Assembly (NCBI GenBank): GCA_951406725.2 | Contig: OX597815.1 | Coordinates: 88,164,001-88,228,000 of the forward strand | From: Octopus vulgaris | Taxonomy: Eukaryota | Direction of reading: 5' to 3' | DNA length: 64,000 nucleotides | Shown here: piece after piece, positions 24,430 through 38,358 of the stretch | Layout: each line of letters begins with the position of its first letter | Numbering within the stretch: the first letter of the stretch is position 1 | Notes under the pieces: generated by a model | Databases searched by the model: none | Seen by the model: the letters and a program-made list of their open reading frames with translations, nothing else | Told to the model about the DNA's origin: nothing | Program-made: the position numbers and the translations under genes

Positions 24430-26420
24430 ACAAATCATCAAAATTTATGGCCTTGTGCCAGAGTTTGAAACTTATTTTATGATAAGACAGGAAGGGACAG
24501 CAGTAGTTGAGTACTAAACTAAACGCCTATCAGTAATTAGTTATGTCTCTGCATTCTTTGAGGTTATATGTTGCTTCAGTTGACTTTCATCCTGATAAGG
24601 TCAGTAAAACAATACCAGTCAAATAGTGGGATCAATTTAATTTACTAAGTTCCATCCCAGTATATTTGTGACCTTTGTGTCTGTGTTAGAAATGGCTGGT
24701 AAGGGGCAAAGATATTAAAGAGCTGGTCAATATGCTTTGTGGTATTTAGCTTCCAGTTCAATCTCACATTTATGTTGTTTTTCATCTCTCCAGGATTTAT
24801 TATTACTAGTAATATATTTGGAGTTAATTAAATCACCTATACTCATCTTTCATAATTGGTAGCCTCAAACACACAGTAGTTCCAAACTTATTGTAGCCAA
24901 AAAGCTATGATTAAAGGTGTTCTCGTCATGAAAATCCCATCATTTGTATATCAGGAATTATATTGTTCAATATAGCCTTTATTTAAGGATGTGACTTGTG
25001 AAAGTTTGGACTAATATTTTCAGCAGTTTGAGCAACAACTGAATTGCTGCACATGCCTACCAAACCTTGAAATGTCTGATGATAAAAGTCTTGGTTGTTA
25101 AGACGTATGTTTGCCATAGTGGCAATATGTCTGTTCTCTTATTTATGTAAATATTGTAGACTTCAGACAAATTTAAAACATGTAAAAGAAATATTAAATT
25201 ACAAAAAAATACAGAGCAAACTTATTTTGAATAACTTTTTAATTTGGAATATTGTTATTCTCATTTTTTTAATGTATTTTGTTTAATTTACTTTAGCAAA
25301 ATACTCTCATTTTAATGGCAGTAAATATATTTCTACAAATTACAAATCCATTTATAGATAACTAAAATAGCTCTGCTGATAGAGGGTTAGGCTGAAAAGT
25401 TAAAGGTCCCTAGTTCAATCCAAGGTTTCAGATGTTGATGACAGTTTACTTCTTGTTCTTGAAATGTATTACAAATCAAGGTAATTGTAGTTTGATGTAC
25501 TTAGGTAAGATGATAGAAGAGGATGTTTGTTTTTTTTGTCTTTAGATATATACATACATATCACTGTATAATCATCATTATAGTAAGATTTCATGAGAAA
25601 GGAGGTGTGGAATGAGAGGGTACTGGATTAAATGCATTGGACTGTATGCTATCTTCCTGCCAGGGTCAACCTGACTCTTATAGAGTTAATAAATAAGGGG
25701 CTTGTGAAGTACTGGGGTTGATGTAATTGATTAACCTCCTCCCCTGAGAATTGTTGGCCTTGGGCCTAAAAAAACAATTATTATCATTATTTGTAGATGG
25801 GGTAGCAAAACCATGGAATAGTAGGCTTAAAGATCTGACAACAATTAGTTACACAACACTCTGAATACCTATTCCAGTAGAGTTTACTCCTCATTTTGTT
25901 CCTTCTGGAGTTGATAAAATAAGTACTGGTCATTGTGCTTGCTGGAATAAGAAACTTATTAATATTCTACCAATTAAGGCAGCAAGGTGGCTGAATCTTT
26001 AGTATGCCAGGCAAAATGCTTATCAGCATTTTGTCTGTCTTCACAGTCTGAGTTCAAATTCCACCAAGGTTGACTTTTTCTTTTATCCTTTAAAGGTTGA
26101 TAAAATAAGTACCAGCTGAACACTGGGGTTGATGTAATCGACTCATCCCCTCTCTAAAATTGCTGCACTTGTGGCAAAGTCTGAAACCAGTATTACTTCT
26201 TCCACTTAAGTGGCAAGCTTGGCGAAATGCTTTAGCTGCATTCCATCCATCTTCACCTCCTGAGTTCGAATTTTATTGAGGTCAATTTTGCCTTTAATCC
26301 TTTTGGGGGGTCAATAAAAACAAGCACCAACTGAAAACTGGGGTCAATGTAATTGTCTCCACTCCTGTCCTGCCCCCACTCCCTGAATTGCTGGTCTTGT
26401 GCAAAAATTTGTAATCAATA
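24430..26420 (+). mobile_element. Cluster of about 7 same-orientation tRNA-SINE family B copies
   Basis: Repeated GAGTTCAAAT..GTTGACTTT..CATCCTT..GATAAAATAAGTACCAG..CTGGGGTTGATGTAAT..TTGCTGGCCTTGTG; best copies 25977-26190 and 26208-26420. Confidence 0.75.
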
Positions 26421-26521
26421 TTCTGTCACTCTGTTTTTTCTTTTTTTTTCTTTTTGTTTATTTTCAAATTGTTTATTTCTGATTCTATCCCAAACTAACT
26501 ATCTTTCTCTTATTTCTGTAG

Positions 26522-26622
26522 ACCCATATCATCTCTCTAATTTCTGATCGAAAATACCAGCAGTTCAGGCCTGTCCTTGATACTTACATTACAATAACTT
26601 TCAGTTTTGCAATGGCCTACAG
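26522..26622 (+). CDS. DOCK1: DOCK exon w10 (THIISLISDRKYQQFRPVLDTYITITFSFAMAY)
   Basis: ctgtag| ... CAG|gtatgt. Confidence 0.92.
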
Positions 26623-28302
26623 GTATGTCTTTCAGCTGCTTCTATCAACAGTCACAGCCACTATTTCTTTCATATGAAATCGTCAGTTAAAAATAATTCC
26701 CACTTTTTCTATGTTAAATTCTGAAACTCTGAACAGCTTAATTCTGAGACAACCATCTGTTTCTACTGCAGATTCCTTTTATCTGCTAATACAGTGATTA
26801 TTGTGGGAGTAAACTCCAAGCAAATTGAGTTAATAATACACTTATATCTTTGACAGAGGCAGAAAAATCACATAATCTCAATTTACCTTCTTTATAAACA
26901 TAAAACGTCGTCCTTTTGTAAGAAATTACAAGGTGAAGGATCAAGATAGTAAACCATTAATTATAATTCATCTTTTCTGACTGTTTTCTGTGTTGGCATG
27001 AGTTGGGCAGGTTCTTACAGTCCAGGTCACTTTTTATTTAGAGTTACTACCTTCCTAGAGTGATGAGAAGGCTACATCACTCTTATGTGATCCATTTTTG
27101 GTTTCGTTTCTACAACTGGATGCCTTACTACCATCCATTCTACAGAATGTACTGGTGCACTTTATCACGGCACCAGCACATAAAGGGTTGCTTTGCACAC
27201 CTTAAGAGTAAAATGTACTCACTACTTTATGATGTGTTTGTTAAAGGTTATGCAACTTCAGAAGTGACAGGGGAGAGAACAATGACAGAAGAGTGAGGAT
27301 GGGTGAGTGAAAGGATCAAGAGTGTGATGATAGGAACAGAGAGAGAGAGAGAGAGAGTGTGTGTGTGAGTGTGTTGGGTAATAAAAGAGGTAGATGATGG
27401 TAAAAGTAAATTGATGGATGACAATTAAAAATTGAGTGATGATTAGCTATATGGAAAGAGTGAAGGTATTGGCTACAAATAATTCCTGTGCAGTCTCTTA
27501 TCTATCAGCCTTGTGAAGATAATGATGAGAATTGTGATGTTGGTAGGTCTCATACAATCTATAATTATATGAGTGGCACTAATGACAAAGGGATAAAGTA
27601 TTCAATTGAAACATAGAAGCATTATGCTATGCCACAATACAAGAAGTTTTACTCTGCTTTCTTCAGGCTTCCTAACTGGGAAATGCAGCCTTGACCCCAC
27701 TTCTCCATTTTGTAATTAATGGATCCTTCATATAAACTGAATAAAGCATTCACCCCAGTAATTCTTAAGAAAATGTACATATTTATAAAAATACCCATTT
27801 TATCATGGCAATATGAAGGTAGATCTTATCACAATGTGACATAAAAATAATCTGATTAATCATTTTACTGTTAAGAGATATAGTGTCCACTTTAATATAT
27901 TCAAAAAAGAAACATATCAACTATGTTGGCATATATATATATATATATCATCCTTGCGTGACAAATAATGCTGCATGATGGATTTGCTCTTACCTCTTAT
28001 TACATAACCAATGTCTTTCTTTCAAAGTTACTGAATTTTGAAGATGTTGGAAAAAAATTTTTATTGGTTCTTGAAACATATCCAATTGGTAATAAATATC
28101 ATTGTGCATATTATGTTTGATGCTAAATGTAGTAAAATAATGTTTTGTACTTGCTCTCTTATTTTTAGTTAAACAAACGAGCATGCAGAAATTAAGGATG
28201 TTCTTTTTTAAATGTTCATTATCTTAAAGCTATTTTCCTGTAGAATCCTCACCCCCTGATTGTATCAGTTCTTAATTTGTATGAACATTTAATATATTTC
28301 AG

Positions 28303-28431
28303 TAAATTAATTGTTATCCTGAAAGACTATGTTGATTCAGCAACTGAGTCCAATCCTACACTTTTCATTGCCATGAAATCCTTGGAGTATATCATGAAAT
28401 TTATAATCCGATCTCGCTTTCTCTTTTCTAT
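28303..28431 (+). CDS. DOCK1: DOCK exon w11 (KLIVILKDYVD...MKSLEYIMKFIIRSRFLFS)
   Basis: tttcag| ... TAT|gtaagt; KxLEYxxKFIxRSR motif. Confidence 0.92.
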
Positions 28432-28923
28432 GTAAGTAGCACATCATATTTCATTTCGTTTTCTCTTTCTTTTTTTCTTTCTTTTTTTTCTTTCTTTTTT
28501 TAACTTTTGCTCTGTCATATTTTATTCTTAGGTGGAATGTTTACCATCACAGAGTTTGAACTTAATGAATTTATTTACTTTGAAATCAGGTTTAAAATGT
28601 GCATAATTAAAAGCCCCAAATCATTGGGAGAAAGGTGAAAGAGATTGAAATAGTGAAAGCTTACGGTGTGCTTAAGAAAATGAGAATATGTATGATCGCA
28701 TCAGAACATGCTCTGAGAATAAGATATAACATTTTCTAAGTAATTAAAACCATAGAATCAACTATATAAACATTGGGATGCAAATGCATTAAACTAGTCT
28801 AGAAGGAATATAAGAAATGACAGGATAATAATATTACTATACTAACCAGAGATAGTTTAGTGTGTTTCCATTTACTGTGTTTTGTGGGTCAGAACATTAA
28901 TTATTGTCTGCTTATCTTGCCAG

Positions 28924-29032
28924 AATCAATGATGAACGTGGCCGAGAACAGTTTGAGATTAGTTTGAGACAGCTTTTTATGTCTATCAATCAAATGATGG
29001 CTCACAAAGCTGACACTACTATCCTAGTTCAA
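28924..29032 (+). CDS. DOCK1: DOCK exon w12 (INDERGREQFEISLRQLFMSINQMMAHKADTTILVQ)
   Basis: tgccag| ... CAA|gtaagt. Confidence 0.92.
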
Positions 29033-29919
29033 GTAAGTATCTATATCTTTGTTTCAGTTGTTTTTTTAAATTTTTTTAATTTTTATGTTGTTGTTTTTTT
29101 GTTTTAAGAGTTGTGAACTTTTCTACCCATGTAGGCATAAGTTTAAATTCTCAAGTATATATGTACACTGATACATACATGCAAATATGTGTATATTTCT
29201 TCATTTAATTTCATGCTAGATTAAGTTGGATTAGTTATTGAGACATTATTTTATAGCCTTATACTCTTCTTGTTGTTAACCTATTCTTGTTTTTCAAGTA
29301 AGGAATTTTTATTCTTGACTTCAAAAGTTCAAAGCTACTGTGGAGGGTTTATTGATAGGGATTGTCAACATAAATCACTACTTTTTGCTCAAATGATTTC
29401 TTGTAAACACATTGCAGAATGTAACCATTCACACACATGCATATACATGCACATATATATATTCATGCATACATGTGCCCTGGTTTAGTCTCACTGCATG
29501 GTACCTTGAGGAAGTGTCTTCCACTATTACCCTAAGCTGACCAAAACCTTTGCAAATGGATTTGGTAGAGCAAAATTGAAAGGAACCCATTGTATATGTA
29601 TATTTGTGTTTCAGTGTGTATATGTGTTTTTGTGTCTCCTTGTCTCAACATCACATGATGTAAATGAGTGTCACTGTCTTACAAGCAGTGTCATTAATTT
29701 CCAGTATTCTGCAAGAGCATGTCTGGCTATGGGGAAATTATTACCTTGCTTGTCAACAGGTGATGGCTGGTGGCAATATTCAGCCATAGAAAATTTACCT
29801 CAATAACCCCCATCCAACCAATGCATGCATGGAAAAGTGGATGTTAAAAATGCTGGTATATGAGAGAGAACATTTCCATCTGTTATCAGTTTGTTATTAA
29901 TGTTTGTTACTTTCTTCAG

Positions 29920-29990
29920 GGTGCTGCATTGAAATATATTACAGCCACAATACCTGATGTGATTTCTGTATTTAGTCCAACTGAACTCAG
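29920..29990 (+). CDS. DOCK1: DOCK exon w13 (GAALKYITATIPDVISVFSPTELS)
   Basis: cttcag| ... CAG|gtaagg; AALKY motif. Confidence 0.92.
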
Positions 29991-30919
29991 GTAAGGCCAT
30001 TATTTTCCCATTTCTTTTTATTGTTTTTTCATCTTCTCATTTTATAATGACTAAAATTAATTGAAAAATGTTATTACATTCTTTACATTTTACCAAACTA
30101 TTTAGCATTTAATTTTTTTTAGATATTACTAATGGTATTTGATACTAGAGTATGTGTGAATAAAAAGCTTGTCTGCTGACTAAAACATAACAAGTTCAAA
30201 AGAGAAAAATCTGTTGTAAATTTAATCATTACACTGTTCCCTTTTGTCATAACTCTGCTTCCCTCAGTCTGGATGGCTGAAAATAGATACTGCACCAATT
30301 TCAGAATTGATAAAAAAAAATATTTGATCCACCACTAAATGTCTGTCATACAATGAAAAATGATCAAAAGAAAGGTATTTCCACTCATGGAAAATAGATA
30401 AAAGATGTAAAAACGAAGGGTATGAGAGGAGGACTTGAGCAAGAACCATTCATCAGAAAAGATGAAAGACTCAATCCAAAATTTTAGCTATTTCTTCTCT
30501 TTTGTTTTCACTTCAGTTTTATTTTCACTATATTGTCTCCTGACAACACAATCACCACTACCATTTTCATCGAAGCCTGTCCAATGCACCTATCTCTTGA
30601 CATTGCTCCTATATTAAATTGCTGCAGACCATACTTATAAACCTTCATCTCCAGCACTGCAGCTGTTTCCTTCTCTGCTCACCTTTTTTTTTTACCTACA
30701 GGTGTTGATATACAGTAGTTTCACTGGAGCATCAACTCCACCACTCTTATCCATCAGGAGTGAACTTACAAAAAGCCATGACTGCTACCATTTCTCCTTA
30801 GTCTGCTGCTTTTTTCATTTTTAAAATTCTAGTCACTTTGAATCCTGTGATAATATGCTGACTTCTACAAATCATAACCAATTACATTAGCACAATGCAG
30901 AGAGCCCATAGAGAACATA

Positions 30920-31980
30920 CCATCATCATCATCATCATTTAATTTCCATTTTCCCTGTTGGCATGGGTAGGATGGTTTGACAAAACAAGCAGGTCAGAAG
31001 ATACTCCAAGCCCTGTTGTTTGTTGTGGCATGTTTTTGTGGCTAGATGCCTTTCCTCATGCCAGCCATTTTACTGAGTATACTGGCTACTTTTTACATGG
31101 CACCAGCAGTAGTGAAGTCACCAAATAACTTGCAGGAAAAGACCCTTCAACTAGTGCGAGAAATATTGAGGGACAGAAAGGTGTCTTGTATTAGACACAA
31201 GACATGGCTTTCTCAGCTGGAGAAGAGACAGAGAAGAGAAAGATAGTGAAGATGTGACAGAGAGGTGAGAGGGACGGCTGTGCATCCAAGTTACAGGGTG
31301 GCATATATAATGGAGTGGACAAAGGATAGAACAGGGTGGGTAGGTGACACGAGATTTCGAAAGGAGAGTGGGAGCTAGAGATGGGGTGAAGGGAAGGGAT
31401 TTAACAGGGTTGTATTGTGTGCTGGTAGGTCAGTGGAATGGAGGGAAGGGAGAAACATCAGTGGTAAGCAGAAGTGAGTTGTGGGAGAGGAAGGGGATTT
31501 TACTCTGCTGGTTCAGTCTTCTCAATCACAGCATAATGCCAGTTGTGTTGGTCTTTTCTCATCTCTGTGAGGCTTGACATCTGAAGATCACTTCCCATCA
31601 CTGCATTCCACTTCTTTCTTGGTCTTCCTCTTCCACAGGTTCCCTCCTCATTTAGAGAAGTATGCATCACATGACCATACCAGTGCAATCTTTCCTCTTG
31701 CACACCACAACTGATGCTTCTTATACCCAATTTTTCCCTCAAAACCTTTACACTTCATTGTACATATACACTAATATTGTACATCCAGCAGAACATGCTA
31801 GCTTCATTTCTTTCATGCCTTCATATAGTCTCTGCAGTCACAGTCCATGTTTCACTGCCATGTAGCATAGCTGTTTATACACAGGCATCATACAATTTGC
31901 CTTTCACTCTGAGGGAGAGGCCTTTTGTGACCAACAAAGGTAATAGCTTTCTGAACTTGGCCCAGCCAGTTCCTATTCTA
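30920..31980 (-). mobile_element. RTE-clade LINE 3' portion
   Basis: REKLGIRSISCGVQEERLHWYGHVM..EGTCGRGRPRKKW plus (GAT)n tail. Confidence 0.85.
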
Positions 31981-32161
31981 TGAAATATGCTTTCAAAACA
32001 ACCTCCACTGCTGCTAATTTGGTCACCTAGGTAGTTCCAAGGACCCCACTGTACATTTTAGGAAATTTATTTCCTGCACATTTCTCTTGTTCATTGAGAC
32101 AATACAACTGGTTATCAACTACTGATTTATAAAAAAGCTTTCTTTTTTCTTTACATTGTAG

Positions 32162-32268
32162 TAAACTATTGGTGGCATTCTTTGATGCCATACCACCGAA
32201 TCGGCTGTCCAATCAAAAAATGCAAAGTATTAACAACCTGGTCCACAGTAAACTATTTGAGGATAGTG
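32162..32268 (+). CDS. DOCK1: DOCK exon w14 (KLLVAFFDAIPPNRLSNQKMQSINNLVHSKLFEDS)
   Basis: ttgtag| ... GTG|gtaagt. Confidence 0.92.
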
Positions 32269-33048
32269 GTAAGTAACTTTTACTGAAACTGGATTATTTA
32301 TGGAAGATATTTTCCTAAGCTCAATTCTTACTAGGATTCCTATTGCATTTCATGTCTAAAATTGATAAACGAAGTACTTATAATTTATGGAAGTAGATTC
32401 AATTAAATTTACCCTTACTGTCATTTCCTATTTCCTTATAAGATTTGAGCTTGTCCTTATTTTCATAGCCTAATGTCAATGGAGTTGACATAAGATAAAG
32501 CTGGCGAGATGCTCTACTGTATCTACTTCAGTAGCTTATTATTTTTTTTATTAATATCCCACCAAGTTTGAGTTTTATACAATATTTGACTTAATCCTTT
32601 CACATATCTCAAACATTTATAGTCATTACTTAATTCCATTTTCAGTGACTTTAAATGAATGAAGATAGATCCTTTGCTAATTCATTACAATAAAATTTCT
32701 AAACAGTTTGTTACCTATTCTTCATTGCTAGATATATTAAAGTCAACAGAATAAAAAGTTTTTCCAAAATCAACAAAGAAATGCCTGCAAGAGTTAGTAG
32801 CTCTGTATGTTTACTCTCCTAGCTAAGGAACATTTTAATCAACTGTGCTCTTCTCTTTACCAAAAGAGTATTATTAATATGCAAAAACTTAATCAATCTA
32901 ATAGATGTGTTTTTAATGTTTACAATATGATGCACAATGATGTAAAAAGAAGCAGAGAAGTATTATCATTGTCTGATACATAACTTCAAAATAATGAAGA
33001 TGTTACAAGAATTTGTGCCTTTTCATAGCGTTGATATTTTCTCCACAG

Positions 33049-33176
33049 CGTGCCGACATATTCTTCTTCCTATGATCTTGACCCACACTTCTGAGCTGCT
33101 AAACAACAAACGAGAAATGCCAGAATGTGCCAATGTTCTCAGTGATATCATGGACAGTTTCTACTGTACAAGAAAT
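33049..33176 (+). CDS. DOCK1: DOCK exon w15 (CRHILLPMILTHTSELLNNKREMPECANVLSDIMDSFYCTRN)
   Basis: ccacag| ... AAT|gtaatt; CRxILLP motif. Confidence 0.88.
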
Positions 33177-33942
33177 GTAATTTAATTATTTGTTTTTCTT
33201 GCTAAAATCATCTAATTCCACACTAATTCTTTCTTACACTACACAATTATTGCTACTGGAGTTCAACTTAATTAATGAGTCTTATTCTATTACATTTCAA
33301 TCGCTTATGATTTAGCTTAATTTCCAGAAATGTAAGTTATTCTAATAATTCTGTTTGAAATTATAACTATTAGTATATCATGAAAGTTAAAAGATTATAT
33401 TTAGTTTTGGTATGAAAAGAGAATATAGACCTTGGTCACACAGCATGGCTATTAAATTTACTGATGTTTTAGGTTTCAAGTTCCCATCAGAGTTTGGTTA
33501 ATTTCAGTGAGGCAAATCTTTCATGCTCTGATGATCTTTTAATAATTTTTTAAGCTGTTATCAATCCAACCTATGCTAGCATGAAAGGCAGATGATAAAT
33601 GATGATTATCATCAAATTTAATCCAATATAAAATTAGCATATCCTCAAGTGGGTTATATGCTTCTTATACATAGCCTATATACAACTGGCTTTTGGCAGT
33701 ACAGCACCTAGAGCTGTCTGAGCTCTGACTATGGCTTCACAAGGCCTGACACTACTACGAGTTTGATATTTGTACTGTACTGTCAAGAACTTGATACTCC
33801 ACACAATCCATAAGTATCCGTCCTTATCCATTACACTGTAATTTAATCTGCTAGTAAAATAACTCAGTAAAATAAAATTAGTTTGTTGAATTTGTTAAAA
33901 AAAAAGATGATTTTGTTTATTTATTTATAATTAATTTTGTAG

Positions 33943-34029
33943 GTTGATGATTTGTCAATAATGATCCAAAAGATATTCAGAACTGTGATTCAAACAATTA
34001 TTCAGATGGACTGGAATCAAAGTCTTGTG
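33943..34029 (+). CDS. DOCK1: DOCK exon w16 (VDDLSIMIQKIFRTVIQTIIQMDWNQSLV)
   Basis: ttgtag| ... GTG|gtaagt. Confidence 0.9.
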
Positions 34030-34522
34030 GTAAGTTCTAATAGTTGTTTCATGTGTATGCTTTAATATCCATTTAATATCCATAAATTGGTGATCACAAT
34101 CATTTCAAGTTAACAAATGCTGTCAATCATGAATAAAGGTGTTAATGTTTTGTATTTGTCAGACAAAGTCATGCAACTAATGTTATATACCTTTAGAGGG
34201 ATGTAACAAAATGGCTGTAGTAAATAGCTTTTAACGCAAGATCACAGCACATTAAGCACACATCAGCTGTAATATACTATTATCTGAGTGAGTGAAACAA
34301 CTTAATAGTAAATATATTCTCGGTTATTTATAGATAAATTTTGTGATTTGTCAACATTTTTCTAACTTACTTAATGAACTCATAATGAATGTCACTTCCC
34401 ATCATAAAGCTGAAGCTTGTTGAGCCTATAAAACAAAATAAGTAATAAAGCTAAAACCTTGTTTAGTCACCTAGTATCAGACGGTGTAATGATGTCTTTG
34501 CTTTTACCTTCTACAATTCCAG

Positions 34523-34716
34523 GGTAACTATGTTGCGATAATGATGGCCATTCTCAGTCAAATGACTCAGCATCACTACACTGTGTATATTAACAGCTTT
34601 GCAACACGTTTTGATTTGCTTGATTTCCTTACTGAAATACTCATGATTCTACAACATTTAATAACTGAGAATGTCTACAAGAATGACTGGAATGAGATGA
34701 TTTTGCATCAAAACAG
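34523..34716 (+). CDS. DOCK1: DOCK exon w17 (GNYVAIMMAILSQMTQHHY...NVYKNDWNEMILHQN)
   Basis: ttccag| ... CAG|gtattt. Confidence 0.93.
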
Positions 34717-34840
34717 GTATTTATTTTTCAGTCGATTTATGTCTTGTGTAAATCTTTTAATTCAAATTATTGTGATTTTTTTTAAACATTCCTACTAATA
34801 ATTTGTATTTATATTTAATCTTTATTTAATCTTCCAACAG

Positions 34841-34913
34841 CATCATTCTTCGAGCCTTGAGGTTTTTTGCCACAACAATAAAAAGTAGCTTTTCTGATCC
34901 ATTTGAATATGAG
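34841..34913 (+). CDS. DOCK1: DOCK exon w18 (IILRALRFFATTIKSSFSDPFEYE)
   Basis: caacag| ... GAG|gtaggt. Confidence 0.9.
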
Positions 34914-35696
34914 GTAGGTATCAGTTAAATATATATTTTTTTTATTCCTTTCAATATAGAGACAAATGAAGAGCATCAAGTTATAAAAACATTTTATTTC
35001 AACAATATGTAAATATCCAAATTTCAAAGACCTATACCACTCAGACTTGCCTTGAAAAGTAGATGCAAAGCAATAACAATAAGAAAATGAATTGTAAAAA
35101 TTTGTGCAAAATATAGAAATATAAGTTTGCAGAATCCTGCATTGAATTTGGGAATAGATTTCATTTTTCTGTGTCCTCCTTGTTTTATAATTTATATAGT
35201 GAGAAGGTTGTAGATTTTTTTTTCACTGCCCTCTTTTTACTTAGGAAGATTTTATTTAATAGGTTTCCATTGAGTTTGTTTCTTGTAAATAGTTGTATTA
35301 CTCTACAATTATTACATAGTAACAATGCATCACTTTTTGCATCATATCCTTGTTTACTTAATGATGATGACTGTAGGGCTCTATGACAGTTCTATAACTG
35401 ATAGGAAGCATGGAAACTTACAAACATGTGTATTTTCTGCTATTTTTACTGCAGTCTCAAAGAACCCCGCCTTCCTTTTAAAATTAATAGCAATTGTCTT
35501 TCAAACTGCATGTATCTTGATTCTGGTGTCTTGTGTTTAAAATTTTTTATGAAATCTCACATTAATGTTTTACCTGAATAATCATAACAAGAGAGTTTCA
35601 TCACTAATATTGTGAGAATATGTCTCTTTTTGATGGTACCACATTTAAAAAAAAATTTATTAATGAATAAGCCATTTATAAAGATAAAACATACAG

Positions 35697-35990
35697 TGCC
35701 GGCCATTGCCAGTGCCTCCTGGTTGTTGCTAGTGCCACCTGACTAGCTCCCATGCCAGTGGCATATAAAAAGCTCCATTTAAGTGTGGTCATTCTCAGTG
35801 CTGCCTGACTGGCACATAAAAAGCACACACTACACTCTCAGAGAGGTTGGCATTAGGAAGGGCATCCAGCTGTAGAAACCTTGCCAGATCAGATTGGAGC
35901 CTGGTGCAGCCTTCTGGCATGACAGTCTTCAGTCGAGCCATCCAACCCATGCCAGCATGGAAAGCGGACGTTAAGCAATGATGATGATGA
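35697..35990 (+). mobile_element. RTE 3'UTR / tail fragment
   Basis: CCAACCCATGCCAGCATGGAAAGCGGACGTTAA..(GAT)n. Confidence 0.85.
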
Positions 35991-36173
35991 TATCATTCTT
36001 GGATGAAACTCTGTCATTCAATCGAAGAATAATATTGCTCAGCTGTGCAAGTTTCTTATGTTTAAGGAATAAAAGTTTTGAATTACTAAATATTTTTTTA
36101 ATCAAAAAGAAAGACTATACTGCTGAAGTATTGAAGAAAGTCAGTTAAGTGACTCCTTTTATTTGATTTCTAG

Positions 36174-36274
36174 CTATGGAATGGATTCTTCTTCTGTGCA
36201 GTATCATTCCTTACACAAAAGCCATTGCAACTGGAGAAATTCTCTCTTAATAAAAGAAGTAAAATTATAGCCAG
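36174..36274 (+). CDS. DOCK1: DOCK exon w19 (LWNGFFFCAVSFLTQKPLQLEKFSLNKRSKIIA)
   Basis: ttctag| ... CAG|gtaaga; LQLExFS motif. Confidence 0.93.
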
Positions 36275-36385
36275 GTAAGATTTTCAATAGATTATTGATG
36301 ATAGAAAGCTGTTTGTTCCATTTGACATCTTACATGAGAAAATAGTCTGCAGATCAATTAAATACACAAGACTGTTTATTACATG

Positions 36386-36600
36386 TGAGGGGTCACTGAA
36401 AAGTTCCTGGCTTTGAGTAAAAGAAAATACAGGAGGATTAGTTAATTATGATTTTATGAAACATATTCCTCCATCAGATTCATACATTTATTGCAGCAGT
36501 CCTTCAGTTTTTCTAAGACCTGTAAAAGAACTTAGAAGGTTGGGCCTTCAACCAGGCCTTTTGTAATACCTTTAAAGCCAGGAACGTTTCAGCACACTTG
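36386..36600. mobile_element. Mariner-derived MITE
   Basis: TIRs TGAGGGGTCACTGAAAAGTTCCTGGCTTT / AAAGCCAGGAACGTTTCAGCACACTTG followed by TA. Confidence 0.7.
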
Positions 36601-37825
36601 TATTTTTTTAAGCTTTCTAATTATGTTGAAATGTAATTTAAGCCAACTTATAATCATAATTTTGTCACTTATTAGTGATATGCACCCTGGCCCTTCCCTG
36701 CTTTAATTTTTACAATCTTACTTCCCTGATTTCTACATTCACCCTCTGTCATTATTTCTGTCATAACTTGGAAAAGAGCAGTTTATCTGTCTCCTTATTT
36801 GTGATGTGCCCTCCCATTCCCGCCCCCACCACCTATACCAGAAATCTCTCCTCTGTACAAAAAAGCTCTCATGGCTCTGCTCTCACCACCATTTGAAACA
36901 ATACTTCTAAACATTGATGTGATTAATGTATTTACGGATCGCTGATTATCTAATCTTAATTTAATGAGCTGAGGGATCATTAGCTGAAGTCAGATATTTT
37001 ATGGCTTAGTCAGAAGTGAAGAGGTAATGACATGATGTTTTGCATAGTCACCAAAACTGGTGGAGTTAAAAGAGGAAGAAATCACAACTCAGACCAAAGA
37101 CATGGCTTATATACTTACAACAAAGTAGATTCTGCCAGTTATGGGTGTTAACCTGGTGACAGATTATGTCTACTATCTAAGTACAGTCCTCTTTCAGGTT
37201 TTCTGTGTACCCAATTTCATTCACATGATTTGGTCAATCCAAGGCTATGGTAGAAGTGACTTGTCCAGGGCTCCATACTGTGAGATCAAATCCTGAATTA
37301 CAGGATTGTTTAAGTGAATTTCTAAACCATACAACCATGCCTGAGTCCTACTATGTGTGTGTTAGGGGAGGGGAGGTGATGGATGGATGGAAGAACAGGC
37401 ATACATGCATGCATTTGTTTGTACCCTATGATAAGAAACACAAAGCTTCAGATCACTCTTGACTGAGAGGAAAATTTGAGCTAAGTACTGAAAGCTAATC
37501 AAACATTTACCATTTATATAATGTCCATGTTCTTTACGACTTATGGTGATGAACTTTATCCTCTTGTGATACCTATTTACAACTAGGTTAATAAGACCAT
37601 TGAGATATTCAACATTACACCAACAAAATATGAACTATTAGCACCTCATTCAGTTAGCCAAATACCCTACCAATTGCAACTCTATTTCTTATTTCTTTAA
37701 ATCTTAGAAATAGTTTAAACATAAGCTATACTCTTTGAATGTTATTAGGTTTCTTTTTATGTGAATAATATTCTCTTCCTGCTTTTCTCTCTCTTTCTCT
37801 CTCAATTTACTTTTTGCTACTTCAG

Positions 37826-37884
37826 ATATAAAGACATGCGACGAGAGATGGGGTTTGAAATTCGAAGCATGTGGTTCAAACTGG
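37826..37884 (+). CDS. DOCK1: DOCK exon w20 (YKDMRREMGFEIRSMWFKL)
   Basis: cttcag| ... TGG|gtatgt; YxDMRR motif. Confidence 0.93.
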
Positions 37885-38358
37885 GTATGTAACTTAAACA
37901 TTTTAGTTGCCTATGTTGTATTTCTGCCTTGATATTATAAATTTTTTTCATATCATATTTTGACATAAAAAATTTTTTAAATACATTTATTTGACCCCAA
38001 CAATCACCATTGTCAACAACTTAGATTTCTGATGTTTACATTGTGTCACTAGAATTAAAAACATCAGTGTTTTACCTTATGGGAGAGTATATATGATAAC
38101 ATCTATTATGATTTAAATTATATAGTTCCCATTTTGAATTAGTAGGGTGTTAAAGATTTAGTTTCTAAATGCATCAGAAAAATCTCTCACTGGTTTGTCT
38201 TTGTGACTGTCATAGAATAAACATATCTCAGTGTGTAAAGACAACTGCTTCAAACATCTAAAGTATTTGTAAATTTAAAGCAAGTCTTAAATCTTAGGTC
38301 AGAATATTTAAGTCAAGCACCAGTTTAGTGCAGGAAACACTCTTCAGAAAATATGAAA

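Noticed and set aside
30660-30720. Strong acceptor-like site (poly-T, CTACAG)
   Set aside because: Immediate in-frame stop in the required phase, no clear donor, and w13-w14 join without a gap
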